From positions 9,052,001 through 9,116,000 of the forward strand of contig CP075495.1 of NCBI GenBank assembly GCA_021613535.1: a DNA stretch of 64,000 nucleotides, written 5' to 3'. The notes beneath the pieces were generated by a model that worked only from the letters and a program-made list of their open reading frames with translations, had not been told where the DNA came from and ran no database searches. The stretch's first letter is position 1; each line of letters begins with the position of its first letter. Positions 51,753 through 64,000 of this stretch are shown in pieces. The stretch comes from Adineta vaga (lineage: Eukaryota; Animalia; Rotifera). Position numbers and translations under genes: made by a program.

Positions 51753-52460
51753 GACATAAATTAAGTACTATAATCTAACAACGATAGATCTATTTAAATG
51801 AACATATTAAAAAAAAAACTCTTCTCTCCTTTATAGAATGTCACAAAAATTAATTATATTCTAGAATTGTAAAATAAAGAACTACTCACTTGATGTATAT
51901 ATTTATTTAATATGAAATAAAAGACAAACAAATATATTAAAAATGAGTATTCTTTCTTTTGTTTTGTTTTATTTGAGTCATTACTATTATCTTTGAATTG
52001 GTATGGTAGAGATGACGATAAACAGTAACGAATGAAAACAAAAAGAGATGATCAACAGATGACAGTAATTTTTGATAGATCGTATCTTCATGAAATCTAA
52101 GAAATTTTTATTCGAAAAAATATCATACAAATATTTCTATTCACGCTCATTATATCTATATATTAATTATATATTCAATCGTCTTTGTACACAAGAAACT
52201 ATATTAATAATAAGATGTGTAAGTCAAGACATATTCTTTATATATCGTCTAGATTCAGTACAATAACCTCTCTATTAGATATAGATTTTTGATAAGTTGA
52301 GTGTATCATATATCAATACATGGATGAGTGATTTTTGTTCATAGAAAAAAGAAAAGAGACAGGCACTTTCAATATGTATGCACATTATAACTGGATATCA
52401 ATGTGAGTGACTACATTGAATTAGTAGTATATAAAAACTATCTATTAAATTTCAGTAATT

Positions 52461-53372
52461 ATGGTTAGCATATTTCGTTTATCAGAAACGCGTTCTCGTC
52501 AAGGACAAGATAATTTCTTTCTTTGGTCCATGGTAATTCTTCCGTTTCTGGCTCAAAGTGCTTATATATTTGATGCATTTTATTATTTAACACATCAAAC
52601 AGATGGCAATGGTTATGAAGGTTTACTTTCAACGATTTTAATCGTATTTACATATCTTCGCTATTGTTCACCTATGGAATGTCGTCTATCTCTTTGTGTA
52701 TATTACATATTCTTATGTTTACTTAGTGAAATTGGTAATATTGGTTATATGATAGCATTTATCATGAAAAAAGATATCTTTTTTACTATTGTTTATGGTT
52801 TCTGGGGTTTTATTGAATTAATAATGACGATAATGTTAATATATTGTCGAGTTGTGATGAGATATCAAGTAAATTTCATTGTGGAAAACAAACATCTGTT
52901 TCATTTTATGTCACGATTAGAAATTATTCTTGCAATATTTATTCCATATTTTATTAGTAAAAATTTTACAACATTAACAAAGGATTCAATTGCATTCTTC
53001 ATATTATTTGATTTTTTTTCGGCTTCATATGTACGTTTTCAAGGTATATGGATCAAATTAACATTGTATCTATTTGTAACAACTGTAACAGCAGCTGTTG
53101 CAGCTGAATGGCTTTATTTTGCAGAAAAATTTCATTACTATGAACAAATATCTGCAGTTAGTGAATTGATTTCAGCCGTATTATGTAATTTGTTGATTAT
53201 TTTACAATTTTTTCCATATCATTTCACACCAGATCATATTGAAAAAATAGCACGCGAAGGTTTTATATTTCAACAACGTCTTAGTTCAGCTTTGATGAAC
53301 AAAAATGAAGATCAACATGTTACAATAGAAAAAGTAGAAAAACCTGTTTCCACTATTGATTCTCATTGTTAA
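52461..53372 (+). CDS. Intronless multipass (about 7-8 TM) membrane protein of unknown family
   Basis: Single 303-aa ORF with many hydrophobic segments and a hydrophilic C-tail. TATA-like TATAAAA at ~52430. Confidence 0.7.
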   Translation: MVSIFRLSETRSRQGQDNFFLWSMVILPFLAQSAYIFDAFYYLTHQTDGNGYEGLLSTILIVFTYLRYCSPMECRLSLCVYYIFLCLLSEIGNIGYMIAFIMKKDIFFTIVYGFWGFIELIMTIMLIYCRVVMRYQVNFIVENKHLFHFMSRLEIILAIFIPYFISKNFTTLTKDSIAFFILFDFFSASYVRFQGIWIKLTLYLFVTTVTAAVAAEWLYFAEKFHYYEQISAVSELISAVLCNLLIILQFFPYHFTPDHIEKIAREGFIFQQRLSSALMNKNEDQHVTIEKVEKPVSTIDSHC

Positions 53373-54304
53373 CAACATCAAGAAAGACCACTAGGTTTAA
53401 TTTTTCTCGAACGAATTTCTATGTTTCTAGACATCTTCATCCTTGTCTTTGCTCTGACACATGACGTTTTCACTCTAAACGTTTTCACTAGCATATTTAA
53501 TTTGAGTTCAGCATAATTTCATAGTTGTAGTATGAAGGATTCTGTAGAATAAGTTACTTTGCAAAGAATCTTTCATAAAATCAGCCAACTGTTCCAATAT
53601 CATATGCGATTCAAAAAACAAATGAGTGCTCATTTAAGAAATCAGGAAAATAAATATTCAGTTTATTCAATTAATAAATTAGAACAATAAAAATATCATG
53701 AATATTTTATTGTCATTAGGTCTAGTACCAAGAAAGAAATAATTCTATAAATTTTATACTAAAACTTCTGGAATGGTTTGAGAACCATGTGAAGAGTATG
53801 AGTAAAGGTATATCGTAGTTTTACTCGCATTTTCACAAGCTCATTCTCGGATATTTTCTACAGTTAATTATAATGAATGCACAAGTCATAATCTATGTTC
53901 ACTGTAATAGATTTCATCTAGAACAGATACATTGACCGAGAATTAAAGCGGTAAGTATTTTAACATCAATACATCAACTAGAGTTTGAAGGTAGAAATAT
54001 AATGATAATACTTACACCTATTTTTTCATCAACCTTTGTTTTTTTCTGGCTTCGATGTTAAGTCTGGTATTCTCTTTTGGTCGAGGAAGTCATTGGTATC
54101 AATTTTGATACAAGAATACTACAAAGAATGAGGAATTTCAATCGATGAATGCACCTGGAAGTATATACATACATGTCTTTACTAGTTAATTAAAAGAGAT
54201 AGTTATCAGACATCATTAAAAACGTAACGTAAGAATGAATTAATCGACATTTCGCGGCGTCGAACAGTCAAATAGATATAGATGTCACTATGTAAGGAGT
54301 ATAA

Positions 54305-54318
54305 GTTGTCAAAGTAAC
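54305..54318 (+). promoter_or_regulatory. X-box-like RFX site upstream of WDR34
   Basis: GTTGTC-AA-AGTAAC fits the relaxed 14-bp X-box consensus and lies ~70 bp before the ATG of an IFT dynein gene. Confidence 0.5.
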
Positions 54319-54388
54319 CATTAGAAACATGGTAGAATGTATGTATGTAGACAATATTCTTTTCTGAGTTTCTTCTTTTTCTGCTAAA

Positions 54389-56469
54389 ATGCGTAACTCA
54401 AATCGAGATGAAAATGATTTGGATACAAATCAAAAATCACTTGGATTCACGGATGAAACATTACCAGTTATTTCTTGTAAAGAAGCTGTTCATAAAGATC
54501 CAATGTTTGTATTATAAGTGGTTTTTTTTTATCGTACACTGTTTTTTTTTGTTTTTATTTTTCTTAGTCATTCAGTGAGTATAAGTGTTCAGACTAAGTT
54601 TGAAGTACAACTAGCAGAAGTCGAATGTCAAAGTATAAAACGTAAAGAACGTGAAGTAAGACGGATAGAATTCTTTATTATTGATTTCAATATATTTCAA
54701 TTAGATTCAAGTTGAACTTGGAGAAAAATCTACTACTGATGATGTACAAATTGATATGGGACGTTTTAATAAATTTCTTGGACGTGTTGAACCACTTGTG
54801 CTACATTATCTGGATGAAAATATTAATCGTCCAAATATCTTACGTAGATTTGATTTTCTTAATAAAAAAATGTATAATATTCTTCTTTTTTTTAATTCAG
54901 GACATATTAAATTGAGACATACAGGTGATGATACTGCGCAAGAACTGTTTACATTAACTTATCCAGAAGTTTTAATTGATAAAGAAGTTCAAGTGACTAG
55001 TTTATCATGGTCAGCGAATGGTTCTTCTGTATTTGTTGGTTATGGTAGTACGTCTCATGAAGGTCTTTGTATGCATAAAGGTGCTGTATGTTCATGGAAT
55101 ATTGAACGATATAAAATCAATCCCAATAAACCAGATATGACTGTTGAAACAAGTACATGTGTTACAGCAGTTGCCTGTCATCCAGAAAGACCAGGCATTG
55201 TAGCAGCTGGTCTTTATAATGGTTCATAGATTATTATGTTAATGACTAAATTTTATGTTGATCTTTCTTAGGTGAAATACTAGTATGGGATTTTCGTGAA
55301 CAAGATTCATTGATTGCTCGTGTTCTTGAACGACAAGATTTACATCGAGATTCAGTAACATCACTTCAATGGATTCGTGAACCAAAATTATCTAAGAAGA
55401 AATTTATTGTAAGTTGATTCTTTGGATAGAATTCTTTTCAAACTAAATCACATACAAATCCTTGAATAGCTTGTATCAACTAGTCAGGATGGACGTATAC
55501 TTCTGTGGAATCCATTACCGAGTAAAAATAATTTAAAATTAAGTGATGCTTATTTTGTCTCGACAAAAATTAGTAGTAGTAAATCTTCAGGAAAACCAAT
55601 GGGAGGTATGATGACTTTAACAAAAATAGATCACTTAAACGTTTAGTATTATGTAGTTATTAGTATTACATTCAATAATGAAGATTCGGAAACATTCATG
55701 TTCGGATGTGATTCAGGTCATTTATACAAAGGTTCACTCAATTCCGTGACAGCTGTTCAATCACGTATGATGAGAAATTTTATTTGTAAGAATTGAATTA
55801 CGACATCCATTTGTAATGTAAATAGGTGAAGAAGGTCTGGCTGATATGACGGTTCAACCAAAAAATCCGATTATAATGACTTATCAATCACATGATAGTC
55901 CAATTTATTCTGTGAATTTTTCACCTTTTCATCGACATTTATTTCTTACAAGTGCACATGATGGACAAGTTCGAATCTATTCTCAATTATTTGTAAATAA
56001 TCCTTTTTCTTCTTTCCTATTAACCAACTGATTTCTTTAGCCAAACTATGGACGTTGTTTCGCTCCAACACGAGGTGCAATCTTTACCTGTCGCTGGTCA
56101 CCATCACGTCCTCTAGTTTTTGCAGCTGGAAGCGAACATGGTCAAACACTCATCTATGATCTTGAACCACAAGAAGGAGCACCAACTGGTCTTCTATCAT
56201 CTGTACCTGTGCAAGAATTACCTTCATCAGATAAGCGATCATCAATTATTTGTTTAGAATTTAATCATAAAACGTAAGAAAGACAACTATATGCAAAACA
56301 TATCTGAAATAAATCTTCGTCTTTCTTTTTGTTTAGACCCAATATTTTAGCATGTGGAGATAGTACTGGTGCAGTAGTTGTATGGAAACTTGCTGAACGA
56401 TTTACTACAGCACAAAATGATGAAATGGAGAATTTGCAAATATTAGCAAAAGGTTTTGGTGATAGTTAA
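54389..56469 (+). CDS. DYNC2I2: Cytoplasmic dynein 2 intermediate chain WDR34
   Basis: FLGRVEP, VTSLSWSANGS..FVGYG...H...C.HKGAVCSWNI, AVACHPERPGIVAAGLYNGE, SVNFSPFHRHLFLT, WSPSRPLVFAA, LACGD..G.V.VW. Confidence 0.88.
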
Positions 56470-56637
56470 ATTTAATCAGTTTGCTTGTTTTATATGAATA
56501 CGACCAATATGCGTGTCTTTGTATTTCTGATGTAAAGAAAATAATACATATAAATATACTTAAAAATATAGAATTTCTCAATTAAGGCGAAAAAAAAACT
56601 TATCCAATGCCCATTATAAACTTGTAATTTAGGATAA

Positions 56638-57365
56638 TTATTTAGATAGTTTATCGCGAGCGTTTTGTTTCTCAATTTTATGAAAATAATTTTCCGCCTG
56701 ATCGCGAAGATGTCGTTCACGAAATAGATCTCTTAATTGTTGATCATTCGCTTCATGATGTTTCATTTGCTAGAAAAAAAATTAATTTTCATTTCAATTA
56801 TGTTTACATATATTACAAAACGTACATGTACAGCAAATGAATTAAATGTTCGTTTGTCTCCATATTGTCTATTCTTATAATGTCCACCGTAATTAACAAA
56901 TGCTGGACGCTTTTCTTCATCCTTATCAGTATCAGTCAAATTACAAGTAGCATAAGGTGTTTCAATTGCTTAATATATATATACAAATCAATTAAAATGA
57001 TTAATATCGAAAGAAAATTTTTCCATACCGTATTTACTTTTTTTTTCCATAAAATTATCCCAATTACACTGTGCTGACATTCGATTTCTCGAAGTAGTTT
57101 TTGATCGACGCAAATCTTCTATGTAAATAGGTTTTGGTGGCATGCGAGAACATCTCTGCTCATATCTAATATTTTCTGCTACTGTTTGTTGTCGATTAGC
57201 TTCTTGAAAACAAACGTCACATGGACGATAATAAGATGAACGTGAACGTTGACCTCGTACTCGAAATACATATGGATCATCATAAACTAAATGTGCATGA
57301 GAATGAGAACATCTCAAAGGTCTATTTTCGTGTTGAATAGTACGTTTAGGTGCTGTAGCTGTCAT
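56638..57365 (-). CDS. Unknown protein, 3 exons, possibly ciliary
   Basis: MTATAPKR...NFMEKK, then IETPY...AFVNYGGHYKNRQYGDKRTFNSFAVH, then QMKHH...ARDKLSK*, joined by GT-AG introns. X-box-like GTTTCTGTCAGCAAC at 57462-57476. Confidence 0.6.
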
Positions 57366-57858
57366 ACTTTAGAGAATAGAAATTAGAAAAAAATCAGCAT
57401 TGAAAAAATTTATATGAAAAAACCACAGAAAGGTGCGATTCGTCATTTTAAACGATATGTCGTTTCTGTCAGCAACCGAGAAGAGAACCACGCTTTTGAA
57501 TGCCAAATAATACAGATGTCAGAAGGTAGCTATGAAGTGGCATATTTTTATAGGAATCACTTGTTAACATGAATATGTCAGTCAACAACAAGAAATCTAA
57601 CCAGGACAACTGGGAAAAGGATTGTATGCAATCAAACCTATGCTATTCTATTCTATTCTATTCATTTTCAATATATATTAATTTATCTGGCTGAAATGTC
57701 ATATTAAACAAAAAGCCGATTTTATAATTAATAAAATCTGAATGTATCACAGTATTTTTCATGGTAAGCAAATGGTGCAGATCTTTCTTATTTATTGAAA
57801 TGATCCAATTTGTCGGAAAAAAAAGAAAATAGTCTTTTATTTGATTTGTATTGATTCA

Positions 57859-58177
57859 TCAAACAGTGCATTTGCAAGCTGAACATTTACAATCTGTACA
57901 AGTACAAGTTGAATCACAGCGAAACGTTTCATCTAGGAGAACATCAGAAAGACAATGATATATTGTGGATGAATATAATGCTTAATAGATACATACGACA
58001 ACATGATTTACAATCACATGTACATGAACAACTATCGTCACACACACAGGAAGTATCTTGACAGTTAGTACCAGATCCACATCCTCCAGCTAGATGAAGG
58101 TAAAACCAGATGTATGAAATGAAGAGAGAGAAATAAAGTAAAATACACGTACTTTTACATTGACCAGTTTGAGGCAT
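57859..58177 (-). CDS. Metallothionein, left copy, 3 exons
   Basis: Spliced 63-aa protein MPQTGQCKTGGCGSGTNCQDTSCVCDDSCSCTCDCKSCCHETFRCDSTCTCTDCKCSACKCTV with 18 Cys in CxC/CC motifs. Confidence 0.88.
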
Positions 58178-58801
58178 TGTGCTTGATGATGATGATGATA
58201 GTGATGAGGATGAATAGGGTAATGAAGCGGATGTATATATATTGTATTATGTGACTATTTATACGTGTGATAGTTGTTTACAACTAGTGTTTCTGGACGG
58301 GGGTGCCGTGTGCGTTATTGAACAGCACCCCCTATATGTACAACCTTCAATGCTGATTTTTGTATACACTGTTAATATTAGTGTATTTATAAAAAAATAG
58401 AGATAACTACCGATAAATAATTAAAGCCTGTGTGTTGCGGTGTACAGAGTACCGGGAAAAAAAGGAGACGAAGGTCAGAGACTGAGTAAAGGACAAGGAT
58501 ATGTTGCAGACTAGACGAACGAAAAAAACGGATCTTGTATCTCTTGTCATTGACAAATATGATATACCCTCAATATTTTCTGCCAATGGTTTCATCCTTT
58601 CATACATATGAACTATGATACTGTTTTATTTCATTAGAAGTCTTAGTATCATTATGTTTACAAAATATTTCATCTCTCTCGAATTATCTGTTGTTTAGAA
58701 CAGTTTATTGATCGATTGACATGTATGACACATATAACTCATAGCAAAAGAAACAAAGAGACTCCGGCGTGCAGTCGATAACTATCGAGGCCATTTATAT
58801 A

Positions 58802-58878
58802 GGGGGTGCTGTTCAATAACGCACACGGCACCCCCGTCCAGAAACACTAACTGTAAACAACTATCACACGTATAAATA
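58802..58878 (+). promoter_or_regulatory. Metallothionein promoter: GC hairpin with MRE-like site, FOXO-like site and TATA box (mirrored at ~58256-58332)
   Basis: GGGGGTGCTGT-N12-ACGGCACCCCC inverted repeat; CGCACACGGCAC at 58820-58831 (one mismatch to the MRE core TGCRCNC); GTAAACAA at 58853-58860; TATAAATA at 58871-58878. Confidence 0.6.
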
Positions 58879-58956
58879 GTCACATAATACAATATACGTA
58901 CATCCACTTCATTACCCTATTCATCCTCATCACTATCATCATCATCATCAAGCACA

Positions 58957-59277
58957 ATGCCTCAAACTGGTCAATGTAAAAGTACGTGTATTTTACTTTA
59001 TCTCTCTCTCTCTTCATTTCATACATCTGGTTTTATATTCATCTAGCTGGAGGATGTGGATCTGGTACTAACTGTCAAGATACTTCCTGTGTATGTGACG
59101 ATAGTTGTTCATGTACATGTGATTGTAAATCATGTTGTCGTATGTATCTAATAAACATTATATTCATCCACAATATATCATTGTCTTTCTGATGTTCTCC
59201 TAGATGAAACGTTTCGCTGTGATTCAACTTGTACTTGTACAGATTGTAAATGTTCAGCTTGCAAATGCACTGTTTGA
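58957..59277 (+). CDS. Metallothionein, right copy; exons 58957-58981, 59047-59139, 59204-59277
   Basis: Same 63-aa, 18-Cys protein as the left copy. GT-AG introns; one synonymous difference seen (GTA vs GTG). Confidence 0.9.
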
Positions 59278-60273
59278 TGAATCAATACAAATCAAATAAA
59301 AGACTATTTTCTTTTTTTCCGACAAACTGGATCATTTCAATAAATAAAGATGTCATAACATGTTAAAGAAACGAGAATTTTCCTATTGAAATCTGAATCA
59401 ATACACTTGTAATATATGTTAGTAGGAGTAAAATGTCTCAACGTTTGCAATCTAGAAGCAACTATGCTATTTGTCAACAATCTGATAATATTCGATTATA
59501 TTCAAAGAATAAAAGCAATAACTTGACAATTTTATTAGTTATTATTATCGTAGTCAATTTGAAACATTCAAGCATATAAGTCAAAATGAATATTCTTATT
59601 GAGGGACATGTCATAGAAGAAAATAAATATTTCATGTGATATTCTGCCTAGAACATAAATTAGTATATGATCATATGCTATTATAAAAACACTTCTGTCT
59701 CTTTTCTTCTCGCAAGTGCATCAGATTGTAATGCATATTAAAGGTCATTTGCTAATCTATATAACATTTCTTGTTAATTATCGAAGTAAATCATTTCCGG
59801 TTATTTTCATACATCTATTTATCATTTCAACTAAAATGCCGTTGGACATATTTATCATGATATACTTGACATCAGTTAATTAACTGTAATTACTATGATT
59901 AAGATATATACTACAATTCGTTATACACTCTTCCAGTAACAACAAAACATTGAATTTTATCTTTGAATTCATGAAAATTTGTGAATTTTATATTTTCAAA
60001 CATAGAGATCAGCATTTGTTTCATATTGATTCCTACAATTCAAGGACACATTTCATCAAAATAGGCTAAACTATCATAGACAAGATATTAATCAATACTA
60101 AATAGAACAGTCTGTCAAATATGTATATAGAAAAACAAAAAATGTGTTATAGAGTATATAAATGTCATTGTGGCTTGTCAATCTTTTGTTTTGCACACTT
60201 GTTAAGAGAACGAAACTTTGTTTTTTTATTCAATTCGATTTATTATGATTAGAAAAAAATTCAATGAAACAAA

Positions 60274-61916
60274 CTATCGTTTATACAATGATGCAGCCTG
60301 TAAGAGTTCGATAGGAACTGGAAAGACAATTGTCGAATTTCGTTCGGCAGCAATTTGTGTTAGAGTTTGTAGATATCGTAATTGTAGTGCTATAGGTGAT
60401 TCATTGATAATATCAGCTGCTTCTTTTAATCCACGACTTGCTTTCATTTCACCTTCAGCAGCAATGACTTTAGCACGCGCATCTCGTGATGCTTCAGCTT
60501 CTGCTGCCATAGCTTTTTGTAATGCTACTGGAAGACGAACATCTTTTACTTCAACTCGTTCAACTTTAACACCCCATGGATCTGTAGCTTCATCAAGACC
60601 AGTCTACAAAAATGAGAATGAATCATAGATATATATATATATAGAATGAAGTATATATGTACATACTTGAATAACTGTATCAATTTTGTCACGTTCAGCA
60701 AGAATTTCTTGAAGTGTTTTTGTACCCAAAACCTGAAAAGATCAAAAGGGAACATTTTCACAATGAATTTAGATAGATAATCGATGAAAATACATTTCGA
60801 AGTGTTGTTGCTGCGAGAAGTTTTGTTGATTTAGCAGCATCTTCTACATTCGTTATTGAAATAACTGCATTGAATATTCGAAAATAAACAACGGCATCAA
60901 CAGCTACTGTAACACTATCTCTTGTTAAAATTTCTTGTGGTGGAACATCGAATGTAACTGTTCGAAGATCAACTTTACTGTATGTATCAATACAGGGTAA
61001 AATAAAGAAGAGACCAGGACCTAAATGAATCAAAGTCATGACCATGATAATCTTATAAAATAGTTAGAGAAAAAATTGTTCGGTCATAATACAAATTTAT
61101 TAGATAGATTACAAGATATTTATAAATTGTTCTATTCTAGGTCGTGATTTGAGTCATTGAATATCGATCTCCAGATGGTTTTCTTCTCTCTCGATGTTAA
61201 TTATCATCTTTCAGCTTACATGACAATGTAATGACATACAATTATTTTTTATTGCTTACTTACCACGTGCTCCATCGGCTAAAATTCGACCGAGTCGAAA
61301 AATAACTGCTCGCTCATATTCTTGTACAACCTAAAAGTTTTCGTTTTAAGAATAGACAAGAAATATAGACATGTTTTGTTTTTGGATATAAGCATACTTA
61401 CTTTTAAACAGAAGCATAACGATAATGGAAATGTTATAACGACAAGAATATAACTGAGAACAATAAGTATACCAAAGAAATAACCTGATTGTTCCTTTTT
61501 TTCTCTAAGGTCTAGATATAAAGAAAAAGAAAAGAAAAGTCAATAGATTTCAATTTTTATTCATTAAAAATATCATTTCTTTTCGAATACAATCGTTCAT
61601 ATTATAATAATAATCAAGCAGAGAGATGTTTTTTCCGTTCAGACTAATAAAAATGATTCAAGTAGAAAATTGTCAATTAGAGATTTATTATTATCTATGT
61701 CTATTTTCTGTAATATTCAAATGAAAGAAGATATTAACAAAGAAATTTACCATGTTCACGTGAATGACTATAATTTGTTGGAGGTGAATATTGACTTATA
61801 TGAAGTCGAGAAGGTGATAAATGATGTGTTCGATGTGTTGTTGGACGTTGCATTTCTGTACGACTATAATGTAGTGGACTATGATGATCATCACGCTCGT
61901 CATATCGATGTCTCAT
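60274..61916 (-). CDS. Stomatin / band 7 (MEC-2-like) SPFH protein
   Basis: Hairpin TM with [91 protein letters not shown]. Confidence 0.95.
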
Positions 61917-62546
61917 TGTTCTAATAGATATGATTCTCTTTCTCTCGTTTTTTTTTCTTACTGATTCATTTCTTGCAAGATCGTCATCAAATATTAGCAA
62001 AAAAATGTCATATATATTTATGCTCTTCCGATATCAACGATGACGCGATGTAATTGGCGAAACGTGCACATTTTCTCTCTTATAGAAGGAGACATCCCTT
62101 TTTTTCTACAGTAAATCTTTCTTATAGATGTGCTGAACTATATACGTACATAGAGAAATAGAGAGGAAATGAGAGAAGATTTACAAGGCATTATCAGAAT
62201 AAATGTCACTCTCGAACGAATATCTCTATTACCATCGTGTTTGTAATTATTAGATTAGATTGTTTCTCTTGTGTTATGTTATAATTAGGATAAAGAAGAA
62301 ACAATTAATAAAAAAGAAAGCAAATAGAATGATAAAGACGATTTTGTAATAAGAAAAACGTTGGCATTGCTTTGTTAAATTAGCTCAGTAAGAGACGAGA
62401 AAAAACGGTTACATATATAAACAATTGTACAACTATCTCATCAAAGTGTCGATTAAATTATTACGTTCAATTTTGATCAAACAGAACATTTCTTTTGTAT
62501 ATGCATGAAGAAATTCTAATAGAAAGTATATCTACATTTAACATAC

Positions 62547-62805
62547 CATCTGTACCTCGATGTACAAATAAACGAGGTGGAATGATAAATGAGTATCGAG
62601 AGAGTCGTCGAGCAACATTTCCATCAGTTCGTTGATTTGTCTGCATCATGGGCGCAAGATAATCTTCTGCTGACATTGAACCAAATTGTGTTCGATATAC
62701 ATCGGGTCGAGTTGATGCTCGTCGAACACCGTATTGTGCCGCGTATGTATAACCAGTCGCTGCTGTACCACCATTATCTGCATCGAGTAATGATGTATCG
62801 AGCAT
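62547..62805 (-). CDS. Probable alternative first coding exon of the stomatin gene
   Basis: ORF MLDTSLL...LFVHRGTD ends at a phase-1 donor (G|GTATGT), the same phase as the proximal first exon (CATG|GTAAAT). Both fit the acceptor at ~61512. Confidence 0.55.
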
Positions 62806-64000
62806 CTTGTTCAAATATTCAATATTTTTCGATGTTGTTCTTTCTATTTGTGTAGCTTTTACCTAATACAATTCAAGATAATTAACGATACAACTGTACT
62901 TAGTACACAGATATTTGACTAGTGAATGCTACCATCACCTACTATCTTATGACCGTTTCAACTATCGATAGTCTATCTATATCTGTATAATAGTTTACGG
63001 TTGATTAGACCGATAAATAGAGTGTTTCGTACTGACTAATATAAGTGACTAGAGAAAGAGAGAAAAAATAGTTTTTAGACAAAGAAAAAGAATAGAAGAA
63101 AACTCTTCACCGGGATAATTTCTGCTCAACAATTTTGTTAATTTTTCTCAATCGTTCTGTCATTATTTTCTTGCCATGCTTTCGACAACGATTACGTGAT
63201 GATTAGCAGTCAACTTCTTATATTTGCCAAAAATTCTCTCATCTGCATCTGTCTTGTGTCGTTCTAGTAGCTATGTAGAGCAAAAAGAAAATAACTTAAT
63301 ATGAATGTAACCATTTTACTGCTATCATCACCCAACCATTCGTTTACAATCGATCTAATCCTTCTTTTATTAAATCAAATATTTCAGTGAAGAAAGAGTG
63401 AGAGCGAGAAGGGAAAAGAAGTGTCTTCTTTTTTTCGCTAAATCTAGTCTGTTGTTAATACTTGAATAGGAGTAACATGTATAATAATTAAGAATTGAAT
63501 TATTTATTCGTTGTCGTCATCGTCTTGATCAACTTCCTCTTCACTATTGATTTCAGTACTTTTGTATGAAAAAACGACATATATTCAACAGCGAAAGAAT
63601 AAAAGAATCTATCAAATAGATTTCTTCTTCTTCTTCTTCTTCTGAAAGTCGACTTAATTGATCAAGTAGATCTATAATTTTCATGGATGAAAATGTATCT
63701 TCAATAATAGTATTACATTCATTCAAAAGTAGACAATAAGAAGAGAAGAAGAAAGTGTGCTCTTCGATGGTAATTAGACGAATAAATTGATGTCTATTTT
63801 GTTTTCATTGACTTCATCATATCAATTAATAAATGTTCAGATCAATTAAACTATCTATCACATCAATTAATCTTAAGAGAAAAAAATTATCAACAGATAT
63901 AAATATATAAATATGCAAACTATCACCAGAAATCGACATTCACTAACTGCTATCATGTCAACTATTGTCTTATCTCCAATTGTTTCTTCGAAAAAGCAAA

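Larger units (their letters stand above)
57788..59348. repeat. Inverted duplication: arms ~57788-58337 and ~58797-59348, unique spacer ~460 bp
   Basis: The arms are near-exact reverse complements, covering promoter, introns and 3' UTR out to the AATAAA, with scattered substitutions and small indels. Confidence 0.95.

Noticed and set aside
57788-59348. Inverted arms as transposon TIRs or an assembly artefact
   Set aside because: The arms are complete host genes, with no transposase or evident target-site duplication. Arm-specific differences and a unique spacer argue against a read fold-back, although long reads are needed.
60218-60628. 136-aa plus-strand ORF
   Set aside because: Antisense shadow of the last stomatin exon.
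1-64000. CRISPR arrays, rRNA, tRNA, transposases
   Set aside because: None recognised by eye. Small ncRNAs in longer introns (e.g. 11659-12302, 22551-22808) cannot be excluded without an Infernal/Rfam search.

Overview
This is eukaryotic, not prokaryotic, DNA. It is AT-rich and gene-dense, with many short (~50-65 nt) GT-AG introns that fragment the ORF track. The metazoan gene set and intron style suggest a bdelloid rotifer (Rotaria/Adineta-like), which is an inference. About 20 spliced genes can be rebuilt by hand. In order: GT10 alpha-1,3-fucosyltransferase, a secreted Cys-repeat protein, an unknown type I membrane protein, POC5, an NlpC/P60 protein, TP53I11-like, an intersectin-type DH-PH-C2 RhoGEF, USP34, MROH1, GPATCH1, a CatSper-like channel subunit, LMBRD1, a hedgehog-related Hog-domain protein, an intronless multipass membrane protein, WDR34/DYNC2I2, an unknown gene, two metallothioneins in an inverted duplication, and a stomatin. 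Four observations stand out. (1) A secreted Hog (Hint+SRR) autoprocessing protein carries a small RGM-N/neuritin/DUF19-like Cys-helical domain in place of the Hedge domain, and the same C-x8-C-x7-C module occurs twice in a separate secreted gene in this window. (2) Two metallothionein genes sit head-to-head in a ~550 bp inverted repeat, each with TATA, FOXO-like and MRE-like sites. (3) A divergent CatSper-like subunit occurs in a probably male-less lineage. (4) RFX X-boxes link POC5, the NlpC/P60 gene and WDR34. Family assignments come from recalled motifs; no database searches were run, and exon boundaries are manual.
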